From contig CACNWD010000001.1 in the NCBI GenBank assembly GCA_902624085.1, forward strand, positions 30,139 through 94,138: a stretch of DNA of 64,000 nt, in the 5' to 3' direction. Of this stretch, positions 11,355 to 21,746 are shown in pieces (positions within the stretch are counted from its first letter, which is position 1; each line of letters starts with the position of its first letter). Source of the DNA: an uncultured Prochlorococcus sp. GTDB taxonomy: Bacteria > Cyanobacteriota > Cyanobacteriia > PCC-6307 > Cyanobiaceae. Under the pieces are notes generated by a model, which saw only the letters and a program-made list of their open reading frames with translations, did not search any database and had not been told where the DNA came from. The translations under genes were made by a program, and so were the position numbers.

Positions 11355-12212
11355 TCAAGGGGACCATCCATAATCTGAATAATCTGGATTTCGTTTCTCT
11401 AGAAAAGCGTCTCTTCCCTCTTTAGCTTCTGAAGTTCCATAAAACAATTGTGTAGCATACCCAGATAATTCTTGAATCCCTGCCATCCCATCATTCTCAG
11501 CATTGAATGAGGCTTTAAGGATACGAATAGAGGTAGGACTATTACGAAGAATTTCCTTAGCCCAAATTACTCCTTCAGCTTCTAAATTTTCATTTTTTGT
11601 AATTGCATTTATTAATCCCATACCTAAAGCCTGCTTAGCGTCATATTTTCTACATAAGAACCAAATTTCTCTAGCTTTTCTCTGTCCAACTACGCGAGCA
11701 AGATAACTTGATCCGAATCCACCGTCAAAACTCCCGACTTTTGGCCCAGATTGCCCAAATATTGCATTATCTGCAGCAATACTTAAATCGCAAATTAACT
11801 GTAGAACCTGACCTCCTCCAATAGCGAATCCAGATACAAGAGCAATAACTACTTTAGGTAAACTTCGAATGACCCTCTGTAATTCAAGAACATTTAGTTT
11901 TTGATTACCATTTTGATCTAAATAACCATTTTCTCCTCTTATGCCTTGATCACCTCCGGCACAGAAGGAAAAAACCCCTTTTTTATCTGGACCCTCTCCC
12001 GTGAACAGAACAACTCCTAATTTTTCATCATATTTAACATTAATAAATGCATCAATAAGTTCATCAATTGTTTTAGGACGAAAAGCATTCCTTTTATCAG
12101 GCCTATTTATAGCAATTTTTGCTATCCCATCTTTAGATTTATAAAACAAAATATCTTCATAGTCTCCCTGCTTAACCCATTTAACTTTTGAATTAATTGA
12201 TAAATAATCCAT
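11355..12212 (-). CDS. menB: 1,4-dihydroxy-2-naphthoyl-CoA synthase
   Basis: [38 protein letters not shown]. Confidence 0.96.
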   Translation of the reverse strand: MDYLSINSKVKWVKQGDYEDILFYKSKDGIAKIAINRPDKRNAFRPKTIDELIDAFINVKYDEKLGVVLFTGEGPDKKGVFSFCAGGDQGIRGENGYLDQNGNQKLNVLELQRVIRSLPKVVIALVSGFAIGGGQVLQLICDLSIAADNAIFGQSGPKVGSFDGGFGSSYLARVVGQRKAREIWFLCRKYDAKQALGMGLINAITKNENLEAEGVIWAKEILRNSPTSIRILKASFNAENDGMAGIQELSGYATQLFYGTSEAKEGRDAFLEKRNPDYSDYGWSP

Positions 12213-12232
12213 GTCTTTTATATTATTAAAGA

Positions 12233-14002
12233 TTAATGATTGTCAAATATATTTTTATATAGATTTTCTCTTTGCTTAAATTCATAATCAGTATTAATTT
12301 CAACTCTCATTATTACAGATTTTTGAATAGTTAGGCTCCAATCAAAAGCTTCTTTTAATTTATCAAGGCTCATTATATTTACGTAAGGGATTTCATGAGC
12401 TTCCGCAAGTTTTCTCCAATTAACAGAACTTTTCATTAAAAATAGATTTTTAATTTCTAATTTCGTAAGATTATTTTTATAAAGCCTATTAAAAATATTT
12501 CCTCCATGATTATCTATGAGCAAAATTTTTAGATTGCTATGTTTTGCATCTTGATTAAACCATCCATTAATATCATGCAAAAAAGCAAGATCTCCTGTAA
12601 CTAATAACAGAGGCTCCTTAATAAGTGCAATACCTAATGCAATAGATAAAGTCCCATCAATACCTGATGCCCCTCTAAAACTAAAACATCTTCTAGAAAA
12701 TAATTCCTTACCTGAAAATGTAAGCCAATCTCTAATAGGACTGCTTGCTGAAATCATTATTGGTTTATTTTTAGGCCAAATTTCTGGAACTAAATTTGCT
12801 ATGGATAATTCGGTAATATTTTCATTACTTAATATATTTTTTTTAATTTGTTTTTTTATTCTTATGCCTTTATCTATTAACTCTTTAGTAATTGGAATTA
12901 AAGTTTTAATTGATATTTTATTAATACCTTTTTCATTTAATATTTGGTTTACAAATTTATTTAAACCAAATTGATACTCTTTGGCTTTTTTAAAGGGGTC
13001 TAAATTTCGTGAGTCTTTTTCTTTAATCAAAAATTGAGGTCCATTAAAACCTATTAAGAATTCCTCTAAAACATTTGAAGAAGACATAGGCCCAATTCTT
13101 AGTAATTGATCAAAATTAGCTGATATTTTATTTTTAGAAATAATTATTTCCCAGTGATCAACAATCCCTCTTAATGAGGAATTAACACCAGAGACGGGAT
13201 CTGCAAAAACAGGCCATCCTGTTAAGTTTTGGAATATTTCTAAGGATTTATTAAACTCCAATAAATCATTGGTTGATCCTCTGTAAGGACCAACTATTAT
13301 TAACCCTGAGCGAGAAAGATTAATTTGTTTTACTAATTCATCAAAATCATTACTGCTTTCATTTTTAATTTTGTTTTTGTAAAAACTAATCTTTTTATTT
13401 ACATATTCTTTATCAAATACTTCTAATGCATCTTTTTTATTATTCTTTGAAATTAATAATGGTTTTTCAAAGGGTACATTTAAATGAATCGGACCAGGCC
13501 GTAATAAATTTTCTTTAAGAATTAAACTTATCAAATTCTTAATTTCTGAATCACTCGTTTTATGCAATCCATGCAGATTTGTACTCAATGATAATTTACA
13601 CACAGATGATAAAAATTCTTCTTGATTTACTGTTTGGTTAGCTCCGCAATCTTTTAATCTTAATGGTCTATCTGCAGTTATATAAAGGACATTAATACAA
13701 GATCTATCAGCTTCAACAGCAGAAGGTAATAAGTTAGCAACAGCCGTTCCAGAAGTGGTTATTACTATTACATTTTTAGCGGACGCAGTTGATATACCTA
13801 AAGAATGAAATCCTGCTGATCTTTCATCTAAAGAACTAATTAATGTTATTCTTCCTCTTCTAAAAAGTTCACCTGCAGCAATTGCCAGAGGAGCCGATCT
13901 ACTACCTGGGCATAATATAAAGTGACTTATACCAATATCTACTAAAAGATTTAAAAGTTGAAAACTTCTAAAAAAATTTTGGAATTCTACTGATGATGTC
14001 AT
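12233..14002 (-). CDS. menD: SEPHCHC synthase
   Basis: [46 protein letters not shown]. Confidence 0.95.
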   Translation of the reverse strand: MTSSVEFQNFFRSFQLLNLLVDIGISHFILCPGSRSAPLAIAAGELFRRGRITLISSLDERSAGFHSLGISTASAKNVIVITTSGTAVANLLPSAVEADRSCINVLYITADRPLRLKDCGANQTVNQEEFLSSVCKLSLSTNLHGLHKTSDSEIKNLISLILKENLLRPGPIHLNVPFEKPLLISKNNKKDALEVFDKEYVNKKISFYKNKIKNESSNDFDELVKQINLSRSGLIIVGPYRGSTNDLLEFNKSLEIFQNLTGWPVFADPVSGVNSSLRGIVDHWEIIISKNKISANFDQLLRIGPMSSSNVLEEFLIGFNGPQFLIKEKDSRNLDPFKKAKEYQFGLNKFVNQILNEKGINKISIKTLIPITKELIDKGIRIKKQIKKNILSNENITELSIANLVPEIWPKNKPIMISASSPIRDWLTFSGKELFSRRCFSFRGASGIDGTLSIALGIALIKEPLLLVTGDLAFLHDINGWFNQDAKHSNLKILLIDNHGGNIFNRLYKNNLTKLEIKNLFLMKSSVNWRKLAEAHEIPYVNIMSLDKLKEAFDWSLTIQKSVIMRVEINTDYEFKQRENLYKNIFDNH

Positions 14003-14056
14003 AATTTATATATATTTCAAAGACAATTTCATTAATTAAATAAATCTTTAATCAAA

Positions 14057-14629
14057 ATGACGAATTCTTCAGAAAAATCAACTTCAATATTTAAGGATTT
14101 TAAGAACCTCATAATTTGGGTAATTATTGCATTAATTATACGATGGCAAGTAATTGAACCAAGATGGATACCTTCTGGCTCTATGCTTCCTACTCTACAA
14201 ATTCAAGATAAAATATTAGTAGAAAAATTAAGTACAAAGATTAATTTAAAGAATAATCTTTTAAATTTAAAAGATAATATTGTTGTTTTTAAACCACCTG
14301 AAACACTTATTAAAGCTGGTTATGATTCAGACATAGCATTAATTAAAAGAGTTATTGGGATCCCAGGTGACAAAATTGAAGTTAAAGATGGGAATCTATA
14401 TTTAAATGATAAGATCCAAAACAAATTTCTTACTGATAAGAATATAAATTACTCAATAGGACCAGTAATAGTTCCGGAGAACAGCTTATGGGTAATGGGA
14501 GATAATAGAAATAATAGTTTAGATTCTCATGTCTGGGGTCCCTTGCCATATCAGAAAATCATCGGAAGAGCTTTCTTAAGATATTGGCCTTTAAATCATT
14601 TTGGACCTATTAATTTTCCTGCGGCTTAA
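14057..14629 (+). CDS. lepB: signal peptidase I
   Basis: IPSGSMLPTL, IKRVIGIPGD, MGDNRNNSLDS; N-terminal TM segment. Confidence 0.95.
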   Translation: MTNSSEKSTSIFKDFKNLIIWVIIALIIRWQVIEPRWIPSGSMLPTLQIQDKILVEKLSTKINLKNNLLNLKDNIVVFKPPETLIKAGYDSDIALIKRVIGIPGDKIEVKDGNLYLNDKIQNKFLTDKNINYSIGPVIVPENSLWVMGDNRNNSLDSHVWGPLPYQKIIGRAFLRYWPLNHFGPINFPAA

Positions 14630-14650
14630 TAAAAAATATATACTTCATCG

Positions 14651-14659
14651 TGCTATTGT
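14651..14659 (+). promoter_or_regulatory. possible extended -10 promoter element for the DUF760 gene
   Basis: TGcTATTGT about 27 nt upstream of the ATG, followed by an AAGAGG SD-like sequence. Confidence 0.35.
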
Positions 14660-14685
14660 ATTGTTTATAAGTAAGAGGAAAATAA

Positions 14686-15024
14686 ATGTTTAATCCTGAA
14701 TTCCTTGCTACTGAAAACAATGATCCTAATGAGGGTAATGATTTAATTCAGTATCTTCAGAAACAATCTCCTGAGGTACTTCAGAGAGTTGCTAAATCTG
14801 CTAGTGAAGACATTCAAGAGATAATAAGACATAATGTCCAAGGTTTGTTGGGAATGCTCCCCTCAGATCAATTTGATGTCAAAGTAACATGTTCCAAAGA
14901 CAATATCGCCAACTTACTTTCATCAGCTATGATGACTGGTTATTTTTTAAGACAAATGGAGCAGAGAAAAGAACTAGAACAAACTCTAATAAATGATGAA
15001 AACATGTCTGTGGAATCTGAATAA
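14686..15024 (+). CDS. DUF760 family protein
   Basis: L.QYLQ..SPE.L.R....AS.D..EII..NV.GLLG.LP...F...L..LL.SAMMTGYFLR.ME.R pattern. Confidence 0.85.
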   Translation: MFNPEFLATENNDPNEGNDLIQYLQKQSPEVLQRVAKSASEDIQEIIRHNVQGLLGMLPSDQFDVKVTCSKDNIANLLSSAMMTGYFLRQMEQRKELEQTLINDENMSVESE

Positions 15025-15030
15025 GAGAAA

Positions 15031-16191
15031 TTAAATATAAATATTTTCAGGAATAATTCCAAGTTTATATAATCTTGCATAAAAATTATAAAGAAATTTA
15101 TTATCTTCATTCAAACTATTCCATTCATCAGAATTAATATTATCAATGATTTTTTGACAATCTATTTCAGAAAATTCTAGGGGTGATGAATAATGAGCAG
15201 ATATTAAGTATTTCATGTTCTTAAAGTTCTTAACTTCCATCAACCAATTTGAGAGAAGTTCTTTTGCTCTTGGAAAAATTAGTCTTTGCAAAACTGGAGC
15301 AATTTGTATCTTAGGAGAATTGTCTCCAATAATTACTGCTTTCGATACTTCCCAATCCTTGTCCCAGAGGAATGGATATATACCAAAATGCGATTTCTTA
15401 TTTCTTAATCCTTTTTTAAAAGAATATTTAATTACATGATTCAAAGATGGAATTTGAAGTTTACTTGGCCTCAAATAAGAAGCGAACAAAACCAATCTAG
15501 CCCATCCTTTTTTTCTGTTTTCGGGTGAATCTACTAAAAGCTCATCACCTCTCTCTCTAGAATGAAATAGTAGAGGTGATGGATCATAATCAAATATTTC
15601 TGGGGGATTACTTTCAATACCAACTATTCCATCAGTAACATGTAAAGATCCTGAAGGTTTATGGAAACAACTTATCTCCTGAAATCTACCTAATCCTAGA
15701 TTAATAGGTCCAAGAGATGTCCATTCGCAGCAATCCTCAAAAGGTAATCCATCCTCAAATAAAATCTTTGTTCTTTTAGAGGATATCCCTATAAAATCCA
15801 AAGGTAAATTAATTGGAAAGCTCCATTGTCCAGGACAAAGCCATATTTCGGCTTGTTTAAAAATTCTTGCCAATGGAGGTAATCCTATTTTGTGTTCCAA
15901 TCCTGAAGCCGTTGGCAAAACAATCGCCTTAATAGGACCATGTTTAAAGATTATTTCATTTAATTGATTAATCAATTCTATGGTTGGCGGCAATGGATTA
16001 AGGATCATAAGACCCTCATTAACCTTTATTACAGTCATTCTTACTGGAACCGCTACATAATAAATTCCTTGAATTTGTTCTAAAGACCATACCTGATCAG
16101 GGATTAATTCACTAATAATTGTTTTTTTAGATCCATATGGATAAAGGGGAAATAAAGGCCACCATGGCCAGATTTTATCTTTTTCTATCAT
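15031..16191 (-). CDS. DUF4336 family protein
   Basis: WPWWPLFPLYPYG, RMTVIK, PTASGLEHK; conserved cyanobacterial/plastid family. Confidence 0.8.
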   Translation of the reverse strand: MIEKDKIWPWWPLFPLYPYGSKKTIISELIPDQVWSLEQIQGIYYVAVPVRMTVIKVNEGLMILNPLPPTIELINQLNEIIFKHGPIKAIVLPTASGLEHKIGLPPLARIFKQAEIWLCPGQWSFPINLPLDFIGISSKRTKILFEDGLPFEDCCEWTSLGPINLGLGRFQEISCFHKPSGSLHVTDGIVGIESNPPEIFDYDPSPLLFHSRERGDELLVDSPENRKKGWARLVLFASYLRPSKLQIPSLNHVIKYSFKKGLRNKKSHFGIYPFLWDKDWEVSKAVIIGDNSPKIQIAPVLQRLIFPRAKELLSNWLMEVKNFKNMKYLISAHYSSPLEFSEIDCQKIIDNINSDEWNSLNEDNKFLYNFYARLYKLGIIPENIYI

Positions 16192-16194
16192 CTT

Positions 16195-17070
16195 TTATTT
16201 AGAGGATGATAATAATTGTTTAACTTTAAAGATTCCATATCTTGGAGCAAATAAGAATGCAAAAAGGAAAATAAACGTTTGAACTAACACTATTGAACCA
16301 CCAGGAGCAATATCTAACCAATAGCTTAAATAAATTCCTATTAAACTTGAAATAATACTGCTCAAAACAGATATAATCGATAATTCATCAAATTTATCAG
16401 TCAGTAAATATGCTGTAGCTCCTGGAGTTATGAGCATAGCAACAACTAAAACGATACCAACTGCTTGTAATCCTACAACTGCTGCTAAAGACAAGCATGT
16501 CAGCAACAGATAATGTAAAAATGAAACATTTATTCCTATAGTCTTTGCATGCCTAGGATCGAAACAATATAGCATTAAATCTTTTCTAAATATTGATAAA
16601 ATCAATACAACTAAAAAAGAGATAAAAATAGTCTGTTTTACATCTGATAATGGTATCCCTAATGGTGTCCCATATAAAATATGCATTAAGTCAATTTCAC
16701 TTGTTATTTTGGATATTAAGACAATCCCAAGAGCAAAGAAACCTGTAAAAACTAAACCTATTACTGTATCTTCTTTAATCCTTGATTTATGTTTAATAAA
16801 ACCTATAAGAGCTACAGAGCCAACTCCAAAGACAAAAGCTCCAATAGATAATGGAACCCCTAAAGCATAAGCCACAACAACTCCAGGCATTACGGCATGA
16901 GATACAGCATCTCCCATAAGGGCCCACCCTTTTAAAGTTAAAAAGCTTGAAAGCAAACCACACACAGAAGTTATTAAAATGCTAATCAAAATGGCTTTTC
17001 TCATAAACTCATGAGCAATGGGCTCAGTAATAAATGAATTTATATCGATAGTTAGAAAAGATCCATCCAT
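16195..17070 (-). CDS. mntB: Mn/Fe/Zn ABC transporter permease (ABC-3)
   Basis: GWALMGDAVSHAVMPG, RIKED..IG, VGIVLVVAMLITPGATA; highly hydrophobic. Confidence 0.88.
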   Translation of the reverse strand: MDGSFLTIDINSFITEPIAHEFMRKAILISILITSVCGLLSSFLTLKGWALMGDAVSHAVMPGVVVAYALGVPLSIGAFVFGVGSVALIGFIKHKSRIKEDTVIGLVFTGFFALGIVLISKITSEIDLMHILYGTPLGIPLSDVKQTIFISFLVVLILSIFRKDLMLYCFDPRHAKTIGINVSFLHYLLLTCLSLAAVVGLQAVGIVLVVAMLITPGATAYLLTDKFDELSIISVLSSIISSLIGIYLSYWLDIAPGGSIVLVQTFIFLFAFLFAPRYGIFKVKQLLSSSK

Positions 17071-17085
17071 TTATTTATTAGAAAA

Positions 17086-17850
17086 TTAAGATTCTGGACC
17101 AAACAAAAAATCTGGTGACATTCCCCCAAATGTACTTGTTATATTTTCGGGAGTAAATACTTCTGATGTATCACCATAGGCAACAACTGTCTTATTTATT
17201 AAAAGAACTAGATCACAAAATTCTCGAACGTGAATCATATCATGAGTTGAAAGTAAAATTGTTTTACCTTCTTTTTTAAATTGGATAAATAATTCTGATA
17301 TAAGTTTTTCAGTCCTAATATCAACTCCTGCAAATGGTTCATCCAATAGTAGTATTGAAGCTCTCTGTGCGATCGCTCTAGCTAAGAAGGTTCTTTTTCT
17401 CTGACCTCCTGATAAATTACCAATTGGAGTAAATGAATAGTCAACAAGATCAACTCTTTCAATCGCATTTTTAACAGCTTGAATATCAGATTCTCTCGGT
17501 GATCTAAAGATATTCATTGAACCATATCTGCCCATCATAACGATATCCCAAACATTCACAGGAAAGTCAGCATCAATTCCTTCATTTTGTGGAACATAGG
17601 CAACTGCTTGATCTTTTTGAGAAGTTTTAAGTGTTTCTCCATTTATTCTGATTTTACCTTTTGAAAGATTGACGAATCCTGTTAAAGCATTAAAGAAAGT
17701 TGTTTTACCAGCTCCATTCATCCCTACTAATCCGCATATTTGTCCAGCTTTTAATCTTAAAGTTGCATCGTATAATGCAACCTTGCCATTGTAATCAACG
17801 CAAATATTTTCAGCTTCAATTCTATATTTTTCAAATTCCATAGATTTCAT
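17086..17850 (-). CDS. mntA: Mn/Fe/Zn ABC transporter ATP-binding protein
   Basis: Walker A GMNGAGKT, AYVPQ, LSGGQRKR, LLLDEPF. Confidence 0.88.
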   Translation of the reverse strand: MKSMEFEKYRIEAENICVDYNGKVALYDATLRLKAGQICGLVGMNGAGKTTFFNALTGFVNLSKGKIRINGETLKTSQKDQAVAYVPQNEGIDADFPVNVWDIVMMGRYGSMNIFRSPRESDIQAVKNAIERVDLVDYSFTPIGNLSGGQRKRTFLARAIAQRASILLLDEPFAGVDIRTEKLISELFIQFKKEGKTILLSTHDMIHVREFCDLVLLINKTVVAYGDTSEVFTPENITSTFGGMSPDFLFGPES

Positions 17851-17853
17851 TTT

Positions 17854-18822
17854 TTAATTTTTTAAACTTGCATTAAAGCCATTTTTTATTGTATTAAGAT
17901 TATATTCAAGCATTTCCAAGTAACTTTCTGCAGGACCATTTTTTTTAGATAAAGAATCGACATATAAATTACCACCGAAAAAAGCTCCAGTTTCTTTGGC
18001 AACAGATTCTTGAGATTCTGAACTTACTGTGCTTTCACAGAATACAGCTGGAATTTGTTTCTCTTTAACTAAATTAATCACTCTCGCCATCCTTTTCGGA
18101 GTAATTTGACTTTCTGCATTTACAGGCCATAGGTATGCTTCCTTTAAATCATAGTCATTTGTTAGGTATGAGAATGCCCCTTCACAACTTACTAGATACC
18201 TCTTACTTTTCTGCAATGTATTAAGAAAAAGTGAAAAATCTTCATCTATTTTTTTTATCTTATTTTTAAAGTTTTGAGCATTTTTTTTAAATTTTTCTTT
18301 GTTCTCAGGATCTAATTTAGATAGCTCTTCTAATAAAATATTTACATATAAAATTCCTCTTTTAGGCGAAATCCATGCATGAGGATTTGGTTTACCTTTG
18401 TATATGTCTTCATTAATAAATATTGGTTCTAAATTATTTGCAATAGTAATTCTCTCAACATCTAAATTAGTAACAAATTTTTCTGCCCATAATTCAAAAC
18501 CAAACCCGTTTTGTATAAAAATGATCGCTTTTGAACCCCTAACAAGATCACTTGGAGTAACTTGATAACCATGGACCTCCATGCCAGGCTTAGTAATTGA
18601 CTCCACATTGTATTCATTACCAACAATATTTCTTACTATGTCTTCAAGGATTGTAAAGCTAACCAAAAGTAACTTTTTTTCTTTATTAATAATATTATTT
18701 TGCTTAATTAATTTATTACCTTGATTGATATTTAAATTACTAATTTCACTATTTTTTTTACAAGCTGTCAATGGTAACAATAATAATAAGCAAGATAAAA
18801 TAAATAAAATATTTTTTTTCAT
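17854..18822 (-). CDS. mntC: metal ABC transporter substrate-binding lipoprotein (MntC/SitA-like)
   Basis: Lipobox LTAC; ligand motifs EVHGY, NPHAW, CEGAF and VDS give the His-His-Glu-Asp set typical of Mn/Fe binders. Confidence 0.85.
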   Translation of the reverse strand: MKKNILFILSCLLLLLPLTACKKNSEISNLNINQGNKLIKQNNIINKEKKLLLVSFTILEDIVRNIVGNEYNVESITKPGMEVHGYQVTPSDLVRGSKAIIFIQNGFGFELWAEKFVTNLDVERITIANNLEPIFINEDIYKGKPNPHAWISPKRGILYVNILLEELSKLDPENKEKFKKNAQNFKNKIKKIDEDFSLFLNTLQKSKRYLVSCEGAFSYLTNDYDLKEAYLWPVNAESQITPKRMARVINLVKEKQIPAVFCESTVSSESQESVAKETGAFFGGNLYVDSLSKKNGPAESYLEMLEYNLNTIKNGFNASLKN

Positions 18823-18832
18823 AAATTAATGT

Positions 18833-20173
18833 TTAAGAAAATTTTAAATTTAGAGAATTTTGTAAGTCACCCAAAAATGATGGCCAATTAATTTTCTCAC
18901 TTTTGAATGCATTTTCTACAATTTTTTCATTATTAGAAATTATATTTTCAAGGTCAGATTCAGATACGCCTTTATTAATTGCCATAAAATCAGCTAAAGA
19001 TCTAGAGACAACTCTTGTTAGATATGCAGCACTTGCTGCCTGAAATGAGCCTGCAACTAACCAATTAGGACCATGAAACTTAGAGATCCCTAACAGAGTT
19101 TGACCACTCCACTCAACAACTCCTAGAGTTATAGCAGTTTTAAGAATTTCTTTTGAAATCTTTTCTAAAATTTCGGGGGACCATGTGCACCCCCAAATTG
19201 ACTTTATTTCATTAATCATTAAAGCATTTAAGACAGTCATTGATAAAACATCTATAGAAGGGACAGGAGATGCAAAAACAGAGGCTGCTACAATAATCTG
19301 ATTTTTTTTCTGAATTTCTTTTAGCTTAATTCTTCTAATTACCTCAATTTCTGCTTGCCATTTAGAATGTAATTCTCTCAAAAGCCTCTTCTTAGTAGCT
19401 TCTATCATAATCTTTGGTGTAAGAGAATTAATTCTAAAAGCCAAAGGAAGATTACTAATAAAAATGTTTTTTAAATCAATTTCAAAAATATTTTGTTTAA
19501 ATTGTAAAGGAATTTCATTTTTCAATTCTTCTATTTGTTCTTTTTCAAAATTATTAATAGGTGATGAAGTCATTAGCCAAAACCTTATATCTTTGGGAAG
19601 TTTATTTAGCCATAAAAGACTTTTAGCAGAAAGAGGAGGAGTTAAATGGTAAAGCACAATATCATTCTGAAAAATTTTACTGTTCAATTCCTCCTCATTA
19701 GAAATAGATGGTAAATTTTGTATTATGTTCAATGAGTAAGTACCTTCTTTAAAATATTTTTTAATTAAACTTTCATAAAATAGATTGCATTCATCTCCAA
19801 TGACTGTAATTAATTGTTTCTCATGATTTTCAAGAATCTCTGAAAGCAAATTTTTTCTAAAATTTGTTTTTTTCTCCAAATTATTTTTTTCTTCTAATTC
19901 ACTAAGAGAATCTAAATCCTCATTACATATCTTGACCCAGCCATTTAAATCTTTTGGCTCATTAAATTTAGGTTTATCAGTTTTAAAGTAAAAATAACCT
20001 CCAAAGCATAAAAGAATAAATCCTACGTTACCACCGGAGAAATTGAATAAGTCACTAATAATCCATTCACTAAATCCAAACACTAAAAAAGTAAAAAGAA
20101 TACTTGCTTTGGGAAATTTAAAAAAATTTTTTAATAAATTTGTCTTACTTATATTAATCAAAATACTTTTCAT
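18833..20173 (-). CDS. YcjF/DUF697 family membrane protein
   Basis: Two N-terminal TM segments; C-terminal ASPVPSIDVL...N.LM..EI..IW and Q..SAAYLTRVV. Confidence 0.75.
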   Translation of the reverse strand: MKSILINISKTNLLKNFFKFPKASILFTFLVFGFSEWIISDLFNFSGGNVGFILLCFGGYFYFKTDKPKFNEPKDLNGWVKICNEDLDSLSELEEKNNLEKKTNFRKNLLSEILENHEKQLITVIGDECNLFYESLIKKYFKEGTYSLNIIQNLPSISNEEELNSKIFQNDIVLYHLTPPLSAKSLLWLNKLPKDIRFWLMTSSPINNFEKEQIEELKNEIPLQFKQNIFEIDLKNIFISNLPLAFRINSLTPKIMIEATKKRLLRELHSKWQAEIEVIRRIKLKEIQKKNQIIVAASVFASPVPSIDVLSMTVLNALMINEIKSIWGCTWSPEILEKISKEILKTAITLGVVEWSGQTLLGISKFHGPNWLVAGSFQAASAAYLTRVVSRSLADFMAINKGVSESDLENIISNNEKIVENAFKSEKINWPSFLGDLQNSLNLKFS

Positions 20174-20326
20174 ATCTTTTATTAGTTTAATGCATATTTA
20201 AAATGAAAAAAAGCTTGTTTAAATTATTTAATTTTTTTGAAAGGCTAAATTATTAGAAAAATTTAAAGACTTCTTGCATATTTTGATGCTAAATTATTAT
20301 TTCATGAAATTTCAAAAAGTAAGTAA

Positions 20327-20737
20327 ATGACCAATTCAAATTACGAAAATAGCCAGGGGCAAAGGAACTTTAGAAATAATGACAATAATTATAGGAATAG
20401 ATATGGAGGGAAAAGAGAAACAGGTGGCTTTAGAATAAGATTAAGTGATAATGAAATGAAATCAGTAAAAACTATACAAGAAATATTTCAACTTAAGTCT
20501 ACTGTTGCTGTTCTAGGTTTCTCTGTAAGAACTTTGAGCGAATTAATAAAAAATGAGAATATGAGGGAAGAGATCATAAAAATAGCAAAAAATAATAAAA
20601 ATTCTTTCCAAAAAGAGACTAACTTTGAAAAGAAAGAAACATCTTCAATAGCCGCTGCTAATCCTTTTGCAAGGCCAGAAAAAAAACCCCAAATAGTAGA
20701 AAATAAAGATAATATTGAAAATTTAGATGAAAAATAA
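20327..20737 (+). CDS. conserved hypothetical protein with ribbon-helix-helix-like core
   Basis: 136-aa ORF overlapping the trpS start; core GGFRIRLSDNEMKSVKTIQEIFQLKSTVAVLGFSVRTL. Confidence 0.75.
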   Translation: MTNSNYENSQGQRNFRNNDNNYRNRYGGKRETGGFRIRLSDNEMKSVKTIQEIFQLKSTVAVLGFSVRTLSELIKNENMREEIIKIAKNNKNSFQKETNFEKKETSSIAAANPFARPEKKPQIVENKDNIENLDEK

Positions 20738-21743
20738 AAAAAGAATTCTTTCTGGAGTTCAACCAACTGGTGACCTGCATCTTGGAAATTGGTTAGGGGC
20801 TATTAGAAATTGGGTAACACTTCAAGAACAATATGAGACATTCCTATGCGTTGTTGATTTGCATGCAATTACTGCTGAATATAATCCTAAGGAACTAACC
20901 CAAAATACTCTCTCTACTGCTGCCTTATATGTTGCTTGTGGCATAGATCCTAATATATGCTCTATTTTTGTACAAAGCCAGATACCTGCTCATTCAGAAC
21001 TTTGCTGGATTTTAAATTGCATGACTCCAATTAATTGGATGGAAAGGATGATTCAATTTAAAGAAAAATCTATTCAACAAGGTACTAATGTATCTATTGG
21101 ATTATTTGACTATCCAATTCTAATGGCTGCAGATATTCTTTTATACGATGCCGACTTTGTCCCAGTAGGAGAAGATCAAAAACAACATCTTGAACTAGCC
21201 AGAGATATTGCACAACAAAGAATTAATGCCAAATTTAGTAAAGAAAAAGATATTTTGAAAATTCCCCAACCAATTATTATGAAAAATGGATCAAAAATCA
21301 TGAGTTTAATCGATGGTTCTAAAAAGATGAGTAAAAGTGATCCTAATGAAGGTAGTAGAATTAATTTGTTAGATACTCCTGAAATAATCTCAAAAAAAAT
21401 AAAAAGAGCAAAAAGCGATAGTTTTGTTGGGATAGAATTTAATAATCCGGAAAGAGCCGAATCCAGAAATCTACTTATGATTTATTCAATATTATCAGGG
21501 AAGGAAATTTCTCAATGTGAAAATGATTTTTCTGAGACTGGATGGGGTACCTTTAAAAAGTTGATCACTGAACAACTTATAGAATCTTTAGAACCTATTC
21601 AAGAAAAATATAAAGTTTTAATTAACGATCCACATCAACTGAATAATATTCTTCTAGAAGGTAAAGAAAAGGCAGAAGAATTAGCAAATAAAACTCTTAA
21701 GAGAGTTAAATCAAAACTTGGATTCTTTGAAATGGGGAAATAA
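20727..21743 (+). CDS. trpS: tryptophan--tRNA ligase
   Basis: SGVQPTG.LHLGN, YPILMAADIL, VPVGEDQ.QH, KMSKS. Confidence 0.97.
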   Translation: MKNKKRILSGVQPTGDLHLGNWLGAIRNWVTLQEQYETFLCVVDLHAITAEYNPKELTQNTLSTAALYVACGIDPNICSIFVQSQIPAHSELCWILNCMTPINWMERMIQFKEKSIQQGTNVSIGLFDYPILMAADILLYDADFVPVGEDQKQHLELARDIAQQRINAKFSKEKDILKIPQPIIMKNGSKIMSLIDGSKKMSKSDPNEGSRINLLDTPEIISKKIKRAKSDSFVGIEFNNPERAESRNLLMIYSILSGKEISQCENDFSETGWGTFKKLITEQLIESLEPIQEKYKVLINDPHQLNNILLEGKEKAEELANKTLKRVKSKLGFFEMGK

Positions 21744-21746
21744 TTC

